Source: Camelus ferus (Eukaryota). Taken from it: 64,000 nt of DNA. A program made the position numbers and the translations under genes. Positions 38,735 to 52,217 of this stretch are shown piece after piece; within the stretch, counting starts at the first letter, position 1, and the number at the start of each line of letters is the position of its first letter. The notes under the pieces are model-generated. The model was not told where the DNA came from, ran no database searches, and worked only from the letters and a program-made list of their open reading frames with translations. The stretch covers positions 45,448,001 through 45,512,000 of the forward strand of contig NC_045697.1 of the NCBI RefSeq assembly GCF_009834535.1. Reading direction: 5' to 3'.

Positions 38735-41700
38735 GGAGGTGTTCAATTAAGCAACTTTATTTCCATACTGTATAGTGAAAAGCTCTCCATTACTGGAGGA
38801 AAGTGATACAAAGCCAGCAAAGCTTACACGTCAGTAGTGAAGCGTCTTTCACAGTTTCACTGCAATACGCCCCTTTAGTAACTGAACTAAAGAACCAAAT
38901 GTCATTTTGCATGTAATAACTATAGTAAAAAGAATTTTTTCTCATCATCTAAGGATGAAAATTATTACCATTATAGGAAGGCAACAGTCATTAAATAAAT
39001 TAAAAGCATCTTTAAAGTTTTTCCATATACATATATAATATATATATATTTTAAATTGCCATTGACTGTACAAGCATTCAGTTCTCAACTAAAACATTTA
39101 TAGAAATGAAGGTGGAAAGCTGAAGGGAAGGCTTGGTTTTTTTAGGAAAAGGGGATCATTTAAGCACCTATAGACTACATTAAAATACAATTCTCAAGGG
39201 AAAAATGATATACAGAGAACTCAGACTTACCCACGATATCTTGTTTAATCTCATATTTCATCTTAACACATCAAGTGTGCAAAGCTATTTTCTAACCCAA
39301 CCTTGATTCAACCAAATCAACATCCAGACATTACTTATGTGTTAGCACGGAGAAAGACTAAACTGAATAATGTAATTATATAAAAATTATTCTAACCCAG
39401 ACTGATTATAATATTATACACATATGATTGTCTATGAAAATAATAAATGGGCAAAAAGGTTTTTGAGAACTATTAAGGTAAAAAATCTTACATTAATGAA
39501 TAAATGACCATCAGTTAGTACATAGCCAGGTGAATGTAAAATGTGATCTGGGATATTGTCGTCCTGAGATCTGGGGAGTCCGCTCTTCTAGTTGAAATTT
39601 TACAACCTCAAATCCTATAAATTGTATATTATTTATACAAGTTCTGACAAAATACTTTGAAAATACTATATTGACATCAGCAGCCCCTGAATTTGAATTC
39701 AAGAGTTATTGAAAAAAAATCCATTTTCTAAGTGACTTAATTCTGTGTGTGTATGCGAGTGTGTGTGTGTGTGAGAGAGTGTGTGTGTGAGAGAGGTGTG
39801 TGACATGTAGGAATGGGGGCGGGAAGGTGGTTGGAAGAGGGGAAGAGAAAGAGCATGACTTAGGAAGTAGCATTATAAATATAATGTCTTTTCTCACTAA
39901 TGCTGCTTTAATATTAGGAGATTTATAAAAAGTTTACGTAGTAATTACAGACACTAGTACCCAACAAATTGCAAAATAGTCACTCAATTTTCCAACTGTT
40001 CCGTGTACATTTTTATTAATTAAAATATTACCTCATTTACTTCAACCCTTAATACTGAAAAATAATCTTCCTTTATTTTTTGAGACTGAACTTTATACCT
40101 TAATATGTCCCCAGTGAAGTAGCAAAATGATGGTTACAAGGTCACCGACAAGTAACTACTGGTCAAAAAGGATTTGGATGCTAAGAGACTATCTAAGCTC
40201 TTTCACTGTGTTAGACTCTTGTCATATCAATTGCTACTTAAGATGAAATCTTAATTAGTTAAAAAATTGGAAATTTTTGTTATTCAAAGTTGGTTTTTGT
40301 TTGTTTGTTTTTTGTTTTTTTGGCTGCTGTAGGATTTAATCTGTAACAAGCAGGCATCAATTCAAATTAAGAAAGGTAACAAACAGACATCTGGATAGAA
40401 GAAGGCTGAGAAGAACTACTGGGAAGTACTAGAGGTTTTGGTTGATATCTCTCTAAAAAAAACTAAATAAAGAATTTCACGCAATCTGCCAATGGAAAAA
40501 AAATTTTCTTCACTGAAAGGCGCTATGACCAGGATAGGGCAGCCATACACTGGCTCACTTCTATGACATAATTTTGCTTTCAGATTTTTGATAAAATGTA
40601 TTAAAAATCATTTCATCCCTTATCTCATTTTGAATCTTTAACTTTATGCTACCAGAACAACAACAAAAAATGAACTATAAGAAACCATAGTAACTCAGGC
40701 ACCAGAACTTAATTCATTACTTAGAATAGGTGTGTCTCATTCATGAAGTCAACACACACTTTGACCCAAAGTGTTAAAGAACTTTTTTTTCATGATCTTC
40801 TTTTAATGGGTTTCCAATAAGCTAGCACTACTACTTAAACCACAGAGCAGGCCACACTCACTCAGAAACACTGAAGAGTGGGATGGTCTCACCTTTGGTT
40901 TATGGACAGCGATGCTTACAGTTCTTACCCTACTGCTATCGTCCGTCCAAGAAGAGGTATGTGACCTAGCCAGTATGCTAAACCCAGACTTCGGGTGGCA
41001 GAAGGACCTTTCTTCCAGGTCAACGAGTCAGCCTCTTCATTTTACCCGTGAGGACACTAAAAACACACAATTAACATGTGTCTTTTACAAAATAAATGCT
41101 CAATTAGTATTTCTTAAATGACAACCCACCACTGATCACTAAAGGCAGAAACAGAACAAAGCCCCATGTCTTCTGCTACTTCGCGGCCTCTGCAACGGCT
41201 CAGTTGTCTGTAGTCTGGCCAGACTGAGCTGAGAAAAGGATGAACTGTAGACAGAACACCAGCAACCCAGGGGCTGAAAACGTCTTGGTCACACACACAA
41301 ATTCAATGAGCGAAAAATTTTTGGCACAATTTTTCAAGGGCAGCAGTGTAAGAGGAGATATTTATGACAAATGGAAATGGGAAAAAGAACCAAAGAAGTA
41401 TCTATGTTTTAATCCCTTTCTTGTTGGATAATTTCAGTGAGCTTTGCTGAAGTGTAGATTTCATGGCTGAGCCAAAAGCCTTGATCCGTGTGAAAAAGTG
41501 CCTGGACTTGTGATACTGAACATGTGATTGTGATTAATCTCTAATCATCCATCCATTTCTGAGCCTTGGAATCTGATGATTACTTTATAGCAAGTAAAGG
41601 CACATTAAGAAAATTAAAAGTTTAATTGAATTTTTGAGTTCAGTTTAAAAGAACAATTGAAAGTAGTTGTGGAATAGAGGCACAGAAGAGGAAGCACATC

Positions 41701-42536
41701 TGGGTTTTCGAAAGTTGGGTTGCTGCTTCCCTTTCCTGGGAGGCCATGAAATGAAAACGTTGGTATTTCCCAATAAATGGCTGGGCCAAATGGTAACTCT
41801 CTGCATATGAGCTTGGATCACTCTAGCCTTTTTGGTTACGTTCTCATAATTGAATGGTGCTTTCCAGAACATGAAATGAAAAAAACCAAAGAATCCTGTG
41901 CAGATTGAATAGAAAACCATGTTAAGCAAGCCTTCCTACAGAGGGTACAGGCCCCTGGCAATGTCTCCCATGTGTATATACCAACACTCAGCACACACTC
42001 TCCACTCAGCGCTTCCCACCATGACCCACAGAGAAAAACACAGGCAAACAAGAGTCTCAACACATTTGAAGATAAACATCAAAGTGGATTGGATTATTTA
42101 GCACTTGCTGAGCTGCTCAGGAATCTAAGGCAATAAGCCTACTTTAAAATATGAAATTATTCTATTCTCTATGAGCAGAGATAAATGATAAGCTATTGGT
42201 CTTTTTTTCCAATCTATTTTCAAAGCCCATTACAAAAATAAATCAGTGTGTTCTCCAACAGTTCTAACAACAGTTTGAGTGATTATTTTTCTTGTGTGAT
42301 TTAAAAAAAAAAAAGAAACAGATGTCCATATTTACTAAAATCTTCCTTTTAGCTACATTCAGAAACAAATACAGTCCAGTTCTCCTTGGTGGAAATCATC
42401 AGAATATTTTTTGCTCATTCTCTTCTGACTATTAAAAAATTTTTGACATGAAATGCATTGGCAGTGCAAAAAAAAAAAAAGTCCATAAAAATAAACTAAT
42501 GATTGAATTAAGCATTCACATGAGTTCTTTGCCAGG
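38735..42536 (-). other. BMP3: BMP3 long 3' UTR (end inferred)
   Basis: Repeat-poor AT-rich stretch after the stop codon. Candidate minus-strand AATAAA at 38756-38761; alternatives near 38641, 40012 and 40072. Confidence 0.4.
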
Positions 42537-42728
42537 TTATCTGCAAGCACAAGACTCTACTGTCATGTTTGGATATACTTTAAGTACCACATTCTTATTT
42601 TCATCAAAGAATAAGATGCTGAGCGAGGACATCTTTTCCGGCACACAACAGGGCTCAGGAATTCCAGGGACGACCCCCACTGCTCTCACTATACTCTGGA
42701 TCGTAGCATGATTTGATGGCTTCAAAGA
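42537..42728 (-). CDS. BMP3: BMP3 exon 3 (terminal coding exon, C-terminal half of the TGF-beta cystine knot)
   Basis: Minus-strand acceptor ttttctttttctag|TCT; translates [63 protein letters not shown] (TAA). Confidence 0.98.
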
Positions 42729-42874
42729 CTAGAAAAAGAAAAGGGAGGACATACGTTAGGTAGAATTGTATCCCCTCATCACTAAAATGTACATATCATG
42801 AACTTTGTTTCAACAACTTAAGCCCTGGCACGTTACACATTCAGCCCAATCTCCAATATCACCATCACCAAAAG

Positions 42875-43050
42875 AGTTGTCATTTACTAAGTGCCTGCTA
42901 TGTGCCAGGCATGTTATATGTAGTCTTTCTAATCCTTATAACAAAACTACCATTTCTTACATTTTACAGGTAGAGAAACAGACTCAAAATGCTTAAACGA
43001 CATGTCTAAAGTCAGGTAGACACATAGAGTGAGGATTTAAATCCAGTTTT
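42875..43050 (-). mobile_element. MIR SINE in BMP3 intron 2 (one of several MIRs; others near 13150, 27700, 36000, 47780, 53750)
   Basis: CATTTACTAAGTGCCTGCTATGTGCCAGGCA...TAATCCTTATAACAA...CATTTTACAGGTAGAGAAACAGACTC, the MIR core. Confidence 0.7.
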
Positions 43051-45634
43051 CTAAGCAAGAATCATTTAATTAAAAGTGACTTAAAGTCCAAACAGGGGAT
43101 TAATACATCCTAGGATGTTTTCAATAACAAGATTGCAGCAGAAACAATTTGTTCTTGATCCTATGCTAATGGTAAAGAACCCTTAACAAGCGCCTATTTA
43201 ACATAGATATTTTTGCCACTGCCATGGTGATATTTATACCTTGTTTTAAAAAAAAAAAACACCAAGCGTGTCAAGAAGTATTGATTTATGTAATGGCTAG
43301 CAACAGGATGAACTGATGGTGATTATTCTAACATGTAATTACAGTACTCAAGTCTCAGGAGCACAAACTTGGGGTTAAGAAGACTCCATTGGCCACTGGG
43401 GGTCACTGTTGCTCCATGGGTTCAGACAAAGGCTGAAGCGCGGTTTTGTAAACCTGCGGCATATCCTCTGGGAATAATCTGGGGGGCCTGAGGTTATCCC
43501 ATGAATGTCAGAAGTTTGACCAAAGAAGCCTGGGTAAAATCTGTTCCCGAGAAATACCAAATGGGACCATTAACATCCATGGGAGACATGTGGTTTTATT
43601 TAGAGCGTCATCCGGCTCTGCTCAGCATTGAAGACCAGTCACTTTTCTAAGCCCAGAATGTTTCGGTATTGCCAGAGGGGTAAGGACCTCTTCCTGAGAG
43701 ATGCCACACTTTTCAACATTAGTTCTCCCACTGTCTCTGTGAAGCAGATGAAAACAGTTTTGTTTCAAAAGAATGTAGAAGCAGGAATTTGGTAACTGGC
43801 CAGAGATCACATGTCAATTCAGGAGTGGGATTTAGGCCAAAACTCTGGCTTATTTAATTTCACAATTTTGAGCCATGTTTCAGAGGCACCTCTGCCCCCA
43901 GTGAACTGGTATTTCAATTTTATACACCTAAAACACCCAAAATGGGAAACTGGAACCAGTTAAAAGGTTAAGAGTACATACGAGCCAAGGGAGAAGCAAA
44001 TAATCTAGAAAGAGGGCATACTGTAAAACAAATAAACAACAACAATAATAATAATAGTCTTTTTGGCAGAGAAAGGTCAAATCTGACTTATCTCATCCCA
44101 TCTTTCCCTTCTAGTGAACAAAAAAATTATTCATACCTTAGACTTCAACATGATTGCTAACAGGCATGTTATTTAAACATTTGCCTTGATGATGGCCAGC
44201 TCCTTTATTTACTCTCTCTTCCTAGAGACTTTAAGTGTATGTTAAAAAGAATAGTTAACTTTTAATCAATCAGCTTTTCAAAGCAAGGTATTCTCTCACC
44301 TGAAGGACAGGAAGTCTATGTTGTTCTATTTTGCGTATCGAGTGCCCCGTGGCATCAATACCACCTGTGTAACTAACACAACCTGCAATCCCCAGAGTGC
44401 AAGAGCGGCCAGTCGCCACCGTCTGATGACATACACCAGTGTTGGTAATATCTGAAGAGAACGTCTGCAGCCACTTTTCTTCTATTGTTTTATTCTTAAG
44501 ATTCAATCATCCAAACAGCATACAATAATGCCCCAAAGGATTTTTTTAAACCGTAGATTTTTCTGACATTATTCTGTTACTATTAAAATTTTACTCATTC
44601 CTATACTATTTAATTTTCATAAAAAAGTAGATCTATTTAAGCAGATGAGGACTTGATCCATAAATCCTGCTGTGCGTTACCAGTCCTCAGTGCCTAGAGC
44701 AACGCAGACTCTCTACACACTGAATAAATACTTGCCAAATGGACACAATACTTATAAAAAAAAAAATAGCATACCCTCCATTTTACCTATTTCTGTGGAA
44801 ATAATTCCCATCAACAAAAATAAAAGTGTCTGAACAAATGACCTGGCGTAGATATGGAAAATATTCATGGGTGTTTCCTAGGAAAATTCCTGTCCTTTTT
44901 TTTTTTTTTTTTTTTTAAGCTCTAACTCACAAATCATAGATTCAGGAACTATGAGCAGTCTCTCTGGTGGGCTCCCTGGAATCCAGGCACAAGCCCTTGA
45001 TTCCGGACTGGTGGGTCTTATCAGGAACCTCTCAATTTTCTAGGGAGTTTCCCCCCTCTTTTTTCCACTGTGGAATCCTCTGATCAAGCTGCTGTGACCC
45101 AGAATAGTTATGTCATGTACAAAAGCTCCACGCGGTCATTTGCTAGTCTAATGTTTTGTTTGTTTTTGAGTTTAGTTCACACTTCTCAGGACTCTCTTTA
45201 CATAGCTTAAGAAACCTAATGATGACAAATGCAAACCTGTGTTATTTCCCTCCCCAGTCTGTCTTTTTAAAGATGGTGAAACATGATGTTGACATCCATT
45301 TAGGTTCTTTTTTTTTTTTTTTTTGCTTAGTTAACTCAGCATATCAAGTGTAGGATTTTCTGAGTTCATCTTCATGACTAAAGATTGGAATTGAAAACCT
45401 CAGCAAATGAATTGAGGGTGTCTTATTTTGAACTCATTTGTGGATTTCTTCTTTCTATAGGACGCTTCATTCAAAGTGTTTATCCTCTTTGCCTCCTACT
45501 TCTGTGTCTTTGCTATTCCCAGCCTTTGCACCATTCCATGCAAAAATAACTTCATTCCTCTAATCCTCGTTGGTTCCCTTGGACCTCTGTCAACAACAAT
45601 GGCTCAGTCATTTTCATCTGAAATCTGTTTTCCA

Positions 45635-46521
45635 ATGTTCAATATTACTCATTATCAGAGAAATGCAAGTCAAAACTGCAATGAAGTATCACCTCACACC
45701 AATCAGAATGGCTACCATTCAAAAGTCCATAAATGATAAATGCTGGAAAGGGTGTGGAGAAAAGGGAACCCTCCTACACCGTTGGTGGGAATTTAGTTCA
45801 GCGCAGCCACTATGAAAGACAGTATGGAGATTTCTCAAAAAACTAAAAATAGATTTACCATGTGACACAGCAGTCCCACTCCTGGGCATATATCCAGAGA
45901 GAACTCTAATTTGAAAAGATACATGAACCCCAGTGTTCATAGCAGCACTATATACAACAGCCAAGACAAAGAAGCAATCTAAATTCCCATCGACAGATGA
46001 CTGGATAAAGAAGATGTGGTATATTTATGCAATGGAATACTACTCAGCCATAGAAAAGAATAAAATAATCCCATTTGCAGCAACATGGATGGACCTGGAG
46101 ATCGTCATTTTAAGTGAAATAAGCCAGAAAAAGAAAGAAAAATACCATATGATATCACTCATAAGTGGAATCTTAAAAAAGGAAAAAGAATACACTGATG
46201 AACTTGTCTACAGAACAGAAACAGACATAGTAAACATAGTAAACAAACTAATGATTACCAAAAGGGGAAGAGAGTGGGAAAGGATAAACTGGGAGTTCGA
46301 GATCTGCAGATACTAACTACTATATATAAAATAGATAAACAACAAGTTTATACTGTATAGCACAGGGAACTATATTCAATACCTTGTAGCAACCTATAAT
46401 GAAAAAGAATATGAAAAGGAATATAGGTATGTATATGTATGATGGAAACACTATGCTGTACACCAGAAATCGACACATTGTAATCTGACCATACTTCAAT
46501 AAAAAAATAAAATAAAATAAA
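45635..46521 (+). mobile_element. Young 5'-truncated L1 (ORF2 C-terminus plus 3' UTR), antisense to BMP3
   Basis: Encodes IIREMQVKTAMKYHLTPIRMA..., [18 protein letters not shown]...WMDLEIVILSEISQ; perfect 16-bp TSD TGAAATCTGTTTTCCA (45619-45634, 46522-46537). Confidence 0.95.
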
Positions 46522-47994
46522 TGAAATCTGTTTTCCATCTCTATTACAGTGGTGAGGGGAGGCAAAGGTTTGGCGAAAGCCGTGTGGGTATTTTTCATCT
46601 CATGGCAGAATTCCAGGGGTCTCTCCTGGGGAGGACAGATCGGCTATATGGGCTTGAAATCAGAAAAACCCAAGCTGCCGTGTCTGTGAATGAAACCTGC
46701 AGGGGTCAGGCACACACCTGCCAAGCTGCGGATGATGTCCTCACATTGGATTTGGTTACAAATGCATTAGCAGCAGAGAGTATGTCATCAGCTCAGAGCC
46801 TTCATTGCTAACTCGGGCCACTTGGGGTTTTGCTCCATGCTCTTCCAGTCCAGCCCACATGGGTGTGATAGCCCAGAAACTATCTAATTGGAATCAGTGA
46901 AAGGGCAAAGCCTGGAATTTGGGAAAGGCAGAACACAGCTGTTCTGAATTACAGACAGGTTGTCGACTTTTGCAGACGAAGAGCCCAGCTCTGGAGAGCA
47001 GGCTGTCACTCAGGAGGCCAGAAGGAAGGAGGCCCAGCAGAGGATCTGGCCTGGGAGAACATTTCTCTGGGGCAAAATGTATATCTACTGTCTGAATGTT
47101 CTTTGGCGCCTCACTGATTCCACATGTGTTTGTATTGATCTGGTCAGAGACCTTTTTTCCCTCTGTTGCTCAGACTATATTTTTATTTAAGTAGTTTACT
47201 CTGGTTACCATGTTGGACTCTGTGCTGATAACAACGGTGCTTATTAATTACCCCTAATGTCACAGCTTCCATCCTGTGGGTGACTGCACACTTGAAAGAC
47301 ACCATGCCTGGAAGGCTTCAAGGGAACCACTGGAAAGCTGTAAAAATTAAGCAGATCCACACAAGGTGATGAGAGACTGGGAACTCCATGTCACAGCCAA
47401 ACTTCCACTCTCAACTTGGCAAAAGGAAATCTCAAACTCAGAGAGAAACCTCCACACTCATCCGTGTTATGTCTCCCTGGAGTTCTGATGACATTCCAAG
47501 TTCTGACAAATATTATCATGAGCTCAGTTGCTGTAACCGATGCTCTTCTGACTCTGTTACTTTCCAAAGAACTTACGGACTGCGGGACCCGAAGGGAGAA
47601 TCCTATTTTAGGCTTTGTGATATTTAAAGAGGGATAAGAAACATTTACAAAACATTTTCTTGTCTTACATCTTTTATCCTCTTGATCCCTTTTCTTGTGT
47701 GGTCTTTCTTCAGCCCCCTACATTCGATTTTCTGTTCTCCTCAGTCTCAGCAATGGCCATTAGGAATTATGTCAATGGCAAAAATTTACTGAGTGCCTAC
47801 TAAGCGTAAGGTGCTCTACGGTCTCATTTTCCCACCATTTTTTATTAGGTAGATACTATTATATTTCTGTTTACTGTTTGTACCTGTTTCAGAGATGAGG
47901 AAAGGAACATATAGAAAGCTTGAGTAACTTCCCCCTAAAAGCAGTCGCTGGTAAGAGGTGGATGGAAGTTTTAAGCCAAAAGGATTTGAATTTG

Positions 47995-48132
47995 TGGACA
48001 AGCAGCACCAGCAACATCTAGGAGCCTGTTAGATGCGCAGGATCTTAGGCTCTACCCCCAGCGCCACTGGATCAGAATCCGTGGATAAACAAGATCTCCA
48101 GGCAAACTGCAGGCACATTAAGGTTAAGAAGC
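47995..48132. mobile_element. MER5A DNA transposon
   Basis: AGCAGCACCAGCAACATCTAGGAGCCTGTTAGATGCGCAG...ATCAGAATC...AACAAGATCTCCAGG. Confidence 0.7.
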
Positions 48133-50054
48133 CCATATGTGATTAAAGTATTTAATCATTCTGTTACATGAACACTTCTCTCCTTAAACGTATCTCTTCT
48201 ATCCTTAACTTACCTCTCACAAGTTTTTAAATCATTATTCTTTAGGTCAGTGAGAACCACAATGAAGATAACTGAAGCAACAGTGAGGCTTTTAAAGAGT
48301 GAAAGAAAGCAAAGCCAACAGGGGGTGGGAGAGGCAAGCTGGGAGAGCGGTGGAGACCAGGCTAGGTCTCGGTCTCCCGAGGGGAAGGTGGAAAAGCTAA
48401 CTGGCTTGAGTATCTCCACGTTATCATGGCTCCCTGGGCCCTAAACTCTGGAGTCAGGAGGGAAGAGAAAAGTGCCTTCCCCAGGCTACCTAGAAGAAAT
48501 CAGTTTGTGAGAGTGAGAGGAATGATTTGGAAGACTCCGAGACTCATTTAAAATCAGTCACCCCAGGTTTAGATTTTTAATCTGTTTTTAACCCATTTTT
48601 AATCTGTTTCTACTTCTCAACGCCACAAAGCAAGCCACACTGTAAAGATTCATCATCGCCTGTTATTCTGGGCATCTTGGCTGTGTGTTTTAAATTCTAT
48701 CCCAGTTTGAACAAGTTTTGATTGATCAGTAAAACTCCTTTATGAATATTTAGACAAGGTAAGGCTGTTTATGTCATTGTAAATGTATATAATCCTTACT
48801 TTGTGTTTGGATTCACAAAACATGGAATCCACAAGGTCGAGAAAATTTAGAAAGCGTGTCCTTCTGAGACATTCTGACTATAAAATGGGATTTCAATCAA
48901 GTTCCTGACCTGAGGCCGACCTGGCCTTGTTTAGTTGGCCCTTTGCTTTACGTGTGTGTTACACGAAGCATCCCAGTGGCCACAGGACTGCAACACGAAC
49001 ATGCTACTTTAAAGATCTATCAGCGGAAGTCGGTCACTTTTTGAGGCAAAGGGATTTTATCTCAATTAACATACCACAGCCAGAGTTGATTCACTTCAAG
49101 CTTTGCAAAAAAAAAAAAAAAAAAAAAGAAAAAAAGAAAGAAAGAAAGAAAGAAAAGAAACCAAAACTAAAAACCCACTATTCTTCCCCTGAATTTTATT
49201 CCTAGCACCCCTTTTCATTGTATAACAGAGATTCAAATTGTTACAAGCTAAGGATGTAAGTGCAGCAACAAACTTAACTGAAGACCAGAGGGCGCCACTA
49301 TATCTTATTTACTTTAAATCCAAAGATACCAGTCCCTTGGACTTGCTATGCAAGATGGAGGTTGAGCTGTGGAGGTTTCTGAGAATATATTTTGTCAGGA
49401 TCCTGAGTTCTGATATGATAAGGTTCAGTCCCTATTGATTCTGGAAGAGACACCGGTAAGCTCTGAGCGGTTGAAATAAGTCTTAGAAGTCTACAGAGTC
49501 ATTGTATCCTATTATGACTTCTTTTTCTGCTATTTTCAGGGAAGCAAATGAAATAAGCATCTGGTGGATTTCCTGAGGCAAGTTTACCTGGTCTAATCTG
49601 AATTCTGACCCCCATGGGGTCATCTCACAAGAGACGATTAAAATGTTCTGCATCATGGTATCAATCCAATTAGTCCTTCCCTTTGCTCTCATGATATTCA
49701 CTCATTCCCTGAGTACCCCTCAAAGATCAGCCTTCTACCATTTGGGGCTTTCTTGTTGTGGACAGGTGTTAATACGCATGTGACCATGTAGCTAAATATG
49801 CACAGTGTTTGGAAGCAAAGAGGAAAATATGTTTTACAAGCACATTTTTTCCTCATAACCTTCTTCATACCAATATTGACTTCGTATTACTCTAACAACC
49901 ATTAAAGAAAAGCCAAGCATAAGCATGTAACCAATTACACTTTAGAATGCAATAAATAAAGGTCCACATGGACTCTGTAAATGAAAACACACACTCAACT
50001 CGTGTCTTTCTACCCTGTGGAAAGAGGAAGCCCAGGACAAAGAACAACGTCTAC

Positions 50055-50966
50055 CTTCGGCATGGGGAACTGGCACGCGCCGGAGCAGTAATAGGCATCG
50101 AAGGACTTGGGGGAGATAATCCACTCGCTCCAGCCAATATCCGCAAAGTCCACTTTCAGGTACCGCCTGGCGCAGTTGCGAGGTTCAATCCATTGCTTTC
50201 TTCTTGCCTTCTTCAGGGTCTGTTCATCAAACTGGAGCGTCTGGCTCTTCTGGTGAGGTCCCTTTCTCTGTTTCTTTTTGTTCTTGCTCTTTTCAGGGGG
50301 CTGAGTCTGAAGAGTCTTGTAAGGTTTTCTCTCCTCCCATACCCCAGTCCTCCTTATACTGGTACTCTGCCCCAGGAAGCTCGTTGTTCTGCAGAGGCAG
50401 CAGGACCCCAGCAGAGCGCTTCTTCCTTCGTTCAATAGAAAGGGCAGCCCTGATACGGCTATCCAGTTTGGGCACAGCTCCAGTGGGGAAATTCCGATGT
50501 CCTTGCAAGCTTGATACCACGCTCTCTGGCTCAGAAATGGCAGCATCATTGGCATACACCAAGATATAAGGCTCAGGAGAGGGTATCATCTTCTTTGGCA
50601 GCTGTTGTCCTTTGGAAGTAATGTTAAATCCTATGAGAAACTCCTCATTTTCCTTGGCCTCCCTCAAAACTTGAGTGATGTCTTTAGATAGCCAGGACAC
50701 AAAGTCTCGATGAGATTTGGTTACATCCACTGAAAGATGACCCAGGAGTTGACTTTGGTTTCTGTTGGATTTGAGGACCCACGCAGAGAGGTCAATCTGA
50801 ATGTGCTTCCTCTGAGCATGATGTGAGCATCCTTGGGACACTGGACAACTCAGGCTGATATTTATTAGCTCTCCGATATAGAAATGCAGTGTGGCAGATA
50901 AAATGTTTTCAGACTTGGTTAGAGAAGTCAAGTTAAAAATATGCAGTTCTGTGGTTTCAAGGGTTC
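50055..50966 (-). CDS. BMP3: BMP3 exon 2 (prodomain, RRKKR site, N-terminal mature domain); contains an apparent +1 frameshift
   Basis: Acceptor ttccttcctag|GA and donor AAG|gtagac. The first frame gives [15 protein letters not shown]...[29 protein letters not shown] different frame gives [12 protein letters not shown]...[51 protein letters not shown]. Length is 912 nt, whereas a phase 1-0 exon needs 3n+2 (911). Confidence 0.96.
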
Positions 50967-51003
50967 CTAGGAAGGAAAAAAATAAGAAAGTAAGCAGGAG
51001 TAA

Positions 51004-52217
51004 ATAGGACCCCTGCTTCACATCATATACAAAATAAGCCAGTGATTTAAATACAAAACCCTAAAATTCTTAGAAGAAAACTGGGAGGAAAATCTTCTTG
51101 GCTTTGGATTTGACAGTGGAGTCTTAAATATGACACCAGAAGTGTAAGTAACAGAAGAAAATAACAGATAAATCAATAAAACAGATAAACTGGACTTCAT
51201 CAAAATTATAAATTTTGTGCATCAGAAAACATTATCAAGAAAGTCTGTACAACTGACAGTATGGAGAAAATAGTTTCAAATCATATATATGATAAAATCT
51301 AGTACCCAGAGGATAAAAATAACTCTTGCAACTCAACAACAACAACAAAACAAACCAATAAAAAAAAATGGGTAAATGAATCAAATAGACATGTATCCTA
51401 AGATGTACAAACAGCCAACAGCCTCATGAAAAGATACTCAACAGCATTAGTCATCAGGGAAATGCAAATCAAAACCACAATGAGGTGCCATTTGACACAC
51501 ACTAGGCTGGCTATAATAATACAAAACAAAATAACAAGTGTTAGTGAGGTTGTGAAGAAATTGGAACATTTTTACATTGTTGTTTGGAATGTAAAATGGT
51601 TCAGCTACTGTGGGAAACAGTTTGGTGGTTCCACAAAAAGTTAGACATAGTAACAACATGAGACGCCACAATTCAGCTCTTAGGTATAAACCCCAAAGAA
51701 CTGAAAGTATTCAAACAAGTCCATGTACGTGCGTGTTTAAAGCAGCACTACTCTTCACAATAGCCAAAAGGTAGACACAACTCAAATGTCTATCAATGGA
51801 TCAATGGTAAGGTGTAATACAGTCATATAATGGAATATTATCCAGCCATGCAAATGAATGAAGTACTGATAGATACTACAATGTGGATGAACCTTGAAAA
51901 CACTTTGTTAAATGAAAGAAGCCATACAGAAAAGATCCCATGTTGTATGATTCCATTTATGTGAAATATTCAGAACAGGTAAATCACTAGAAACAGGATG
52001 CAGACTAGTGTTGGCCAGGGGCTGAAGAGAGGGAGGGGTATGGATAAACCATTTGATGGGCAGGGGGTTTGACTTTGGGATGAGAGAAATATTTTGGAAC
52101 TAGGTAGACTTGGTGGTTGCGCAACATCGTGAAGGTATCAAATGCCACTGAATTGCTCAATTAAAGATAACTATTTTTAAATTATGTGATTTTCACTGCA
52201 ATTAAACAAAAAGATAA
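51004..52217 (+). mobile_element. Older L1M element (ORF2 end plus 3' UTR) abutting the BMP3 exon 2 acceptor
   Basis: MKRYSTALVIREMQIKTTMRCHLTHTRLAII is L1 ORF2-like; L1MB/MC-type 3' UTR; TSD core CAGGAGTAA (50995-51003, 52218-52226). Confidence 0.88.

Noticed and set aside
45570..46316. ORFs with protein-like sequence (IIREMQVKT..., WIKKMWYIY...)
   Set aside because: Broken fragments of the L1 ORF2 C-terminus in a 5'-truncated copy, not a host gene.
49968..50569. 156-aa and 121-aa + strand ORFs
   Set aside because: Antisense shadows of BMP3 exon 2 with no recognisable protein features.
42537..50966. BMP3 as an old unitary pseudogene, or as the paralogue GDF10/BMP3B
   Set aside because: Only one lesion is present and all key residues and splice sites are conserved. 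The sequence ([25 protein letters not shown]) and PRKG2 synteny indicate BMP3.
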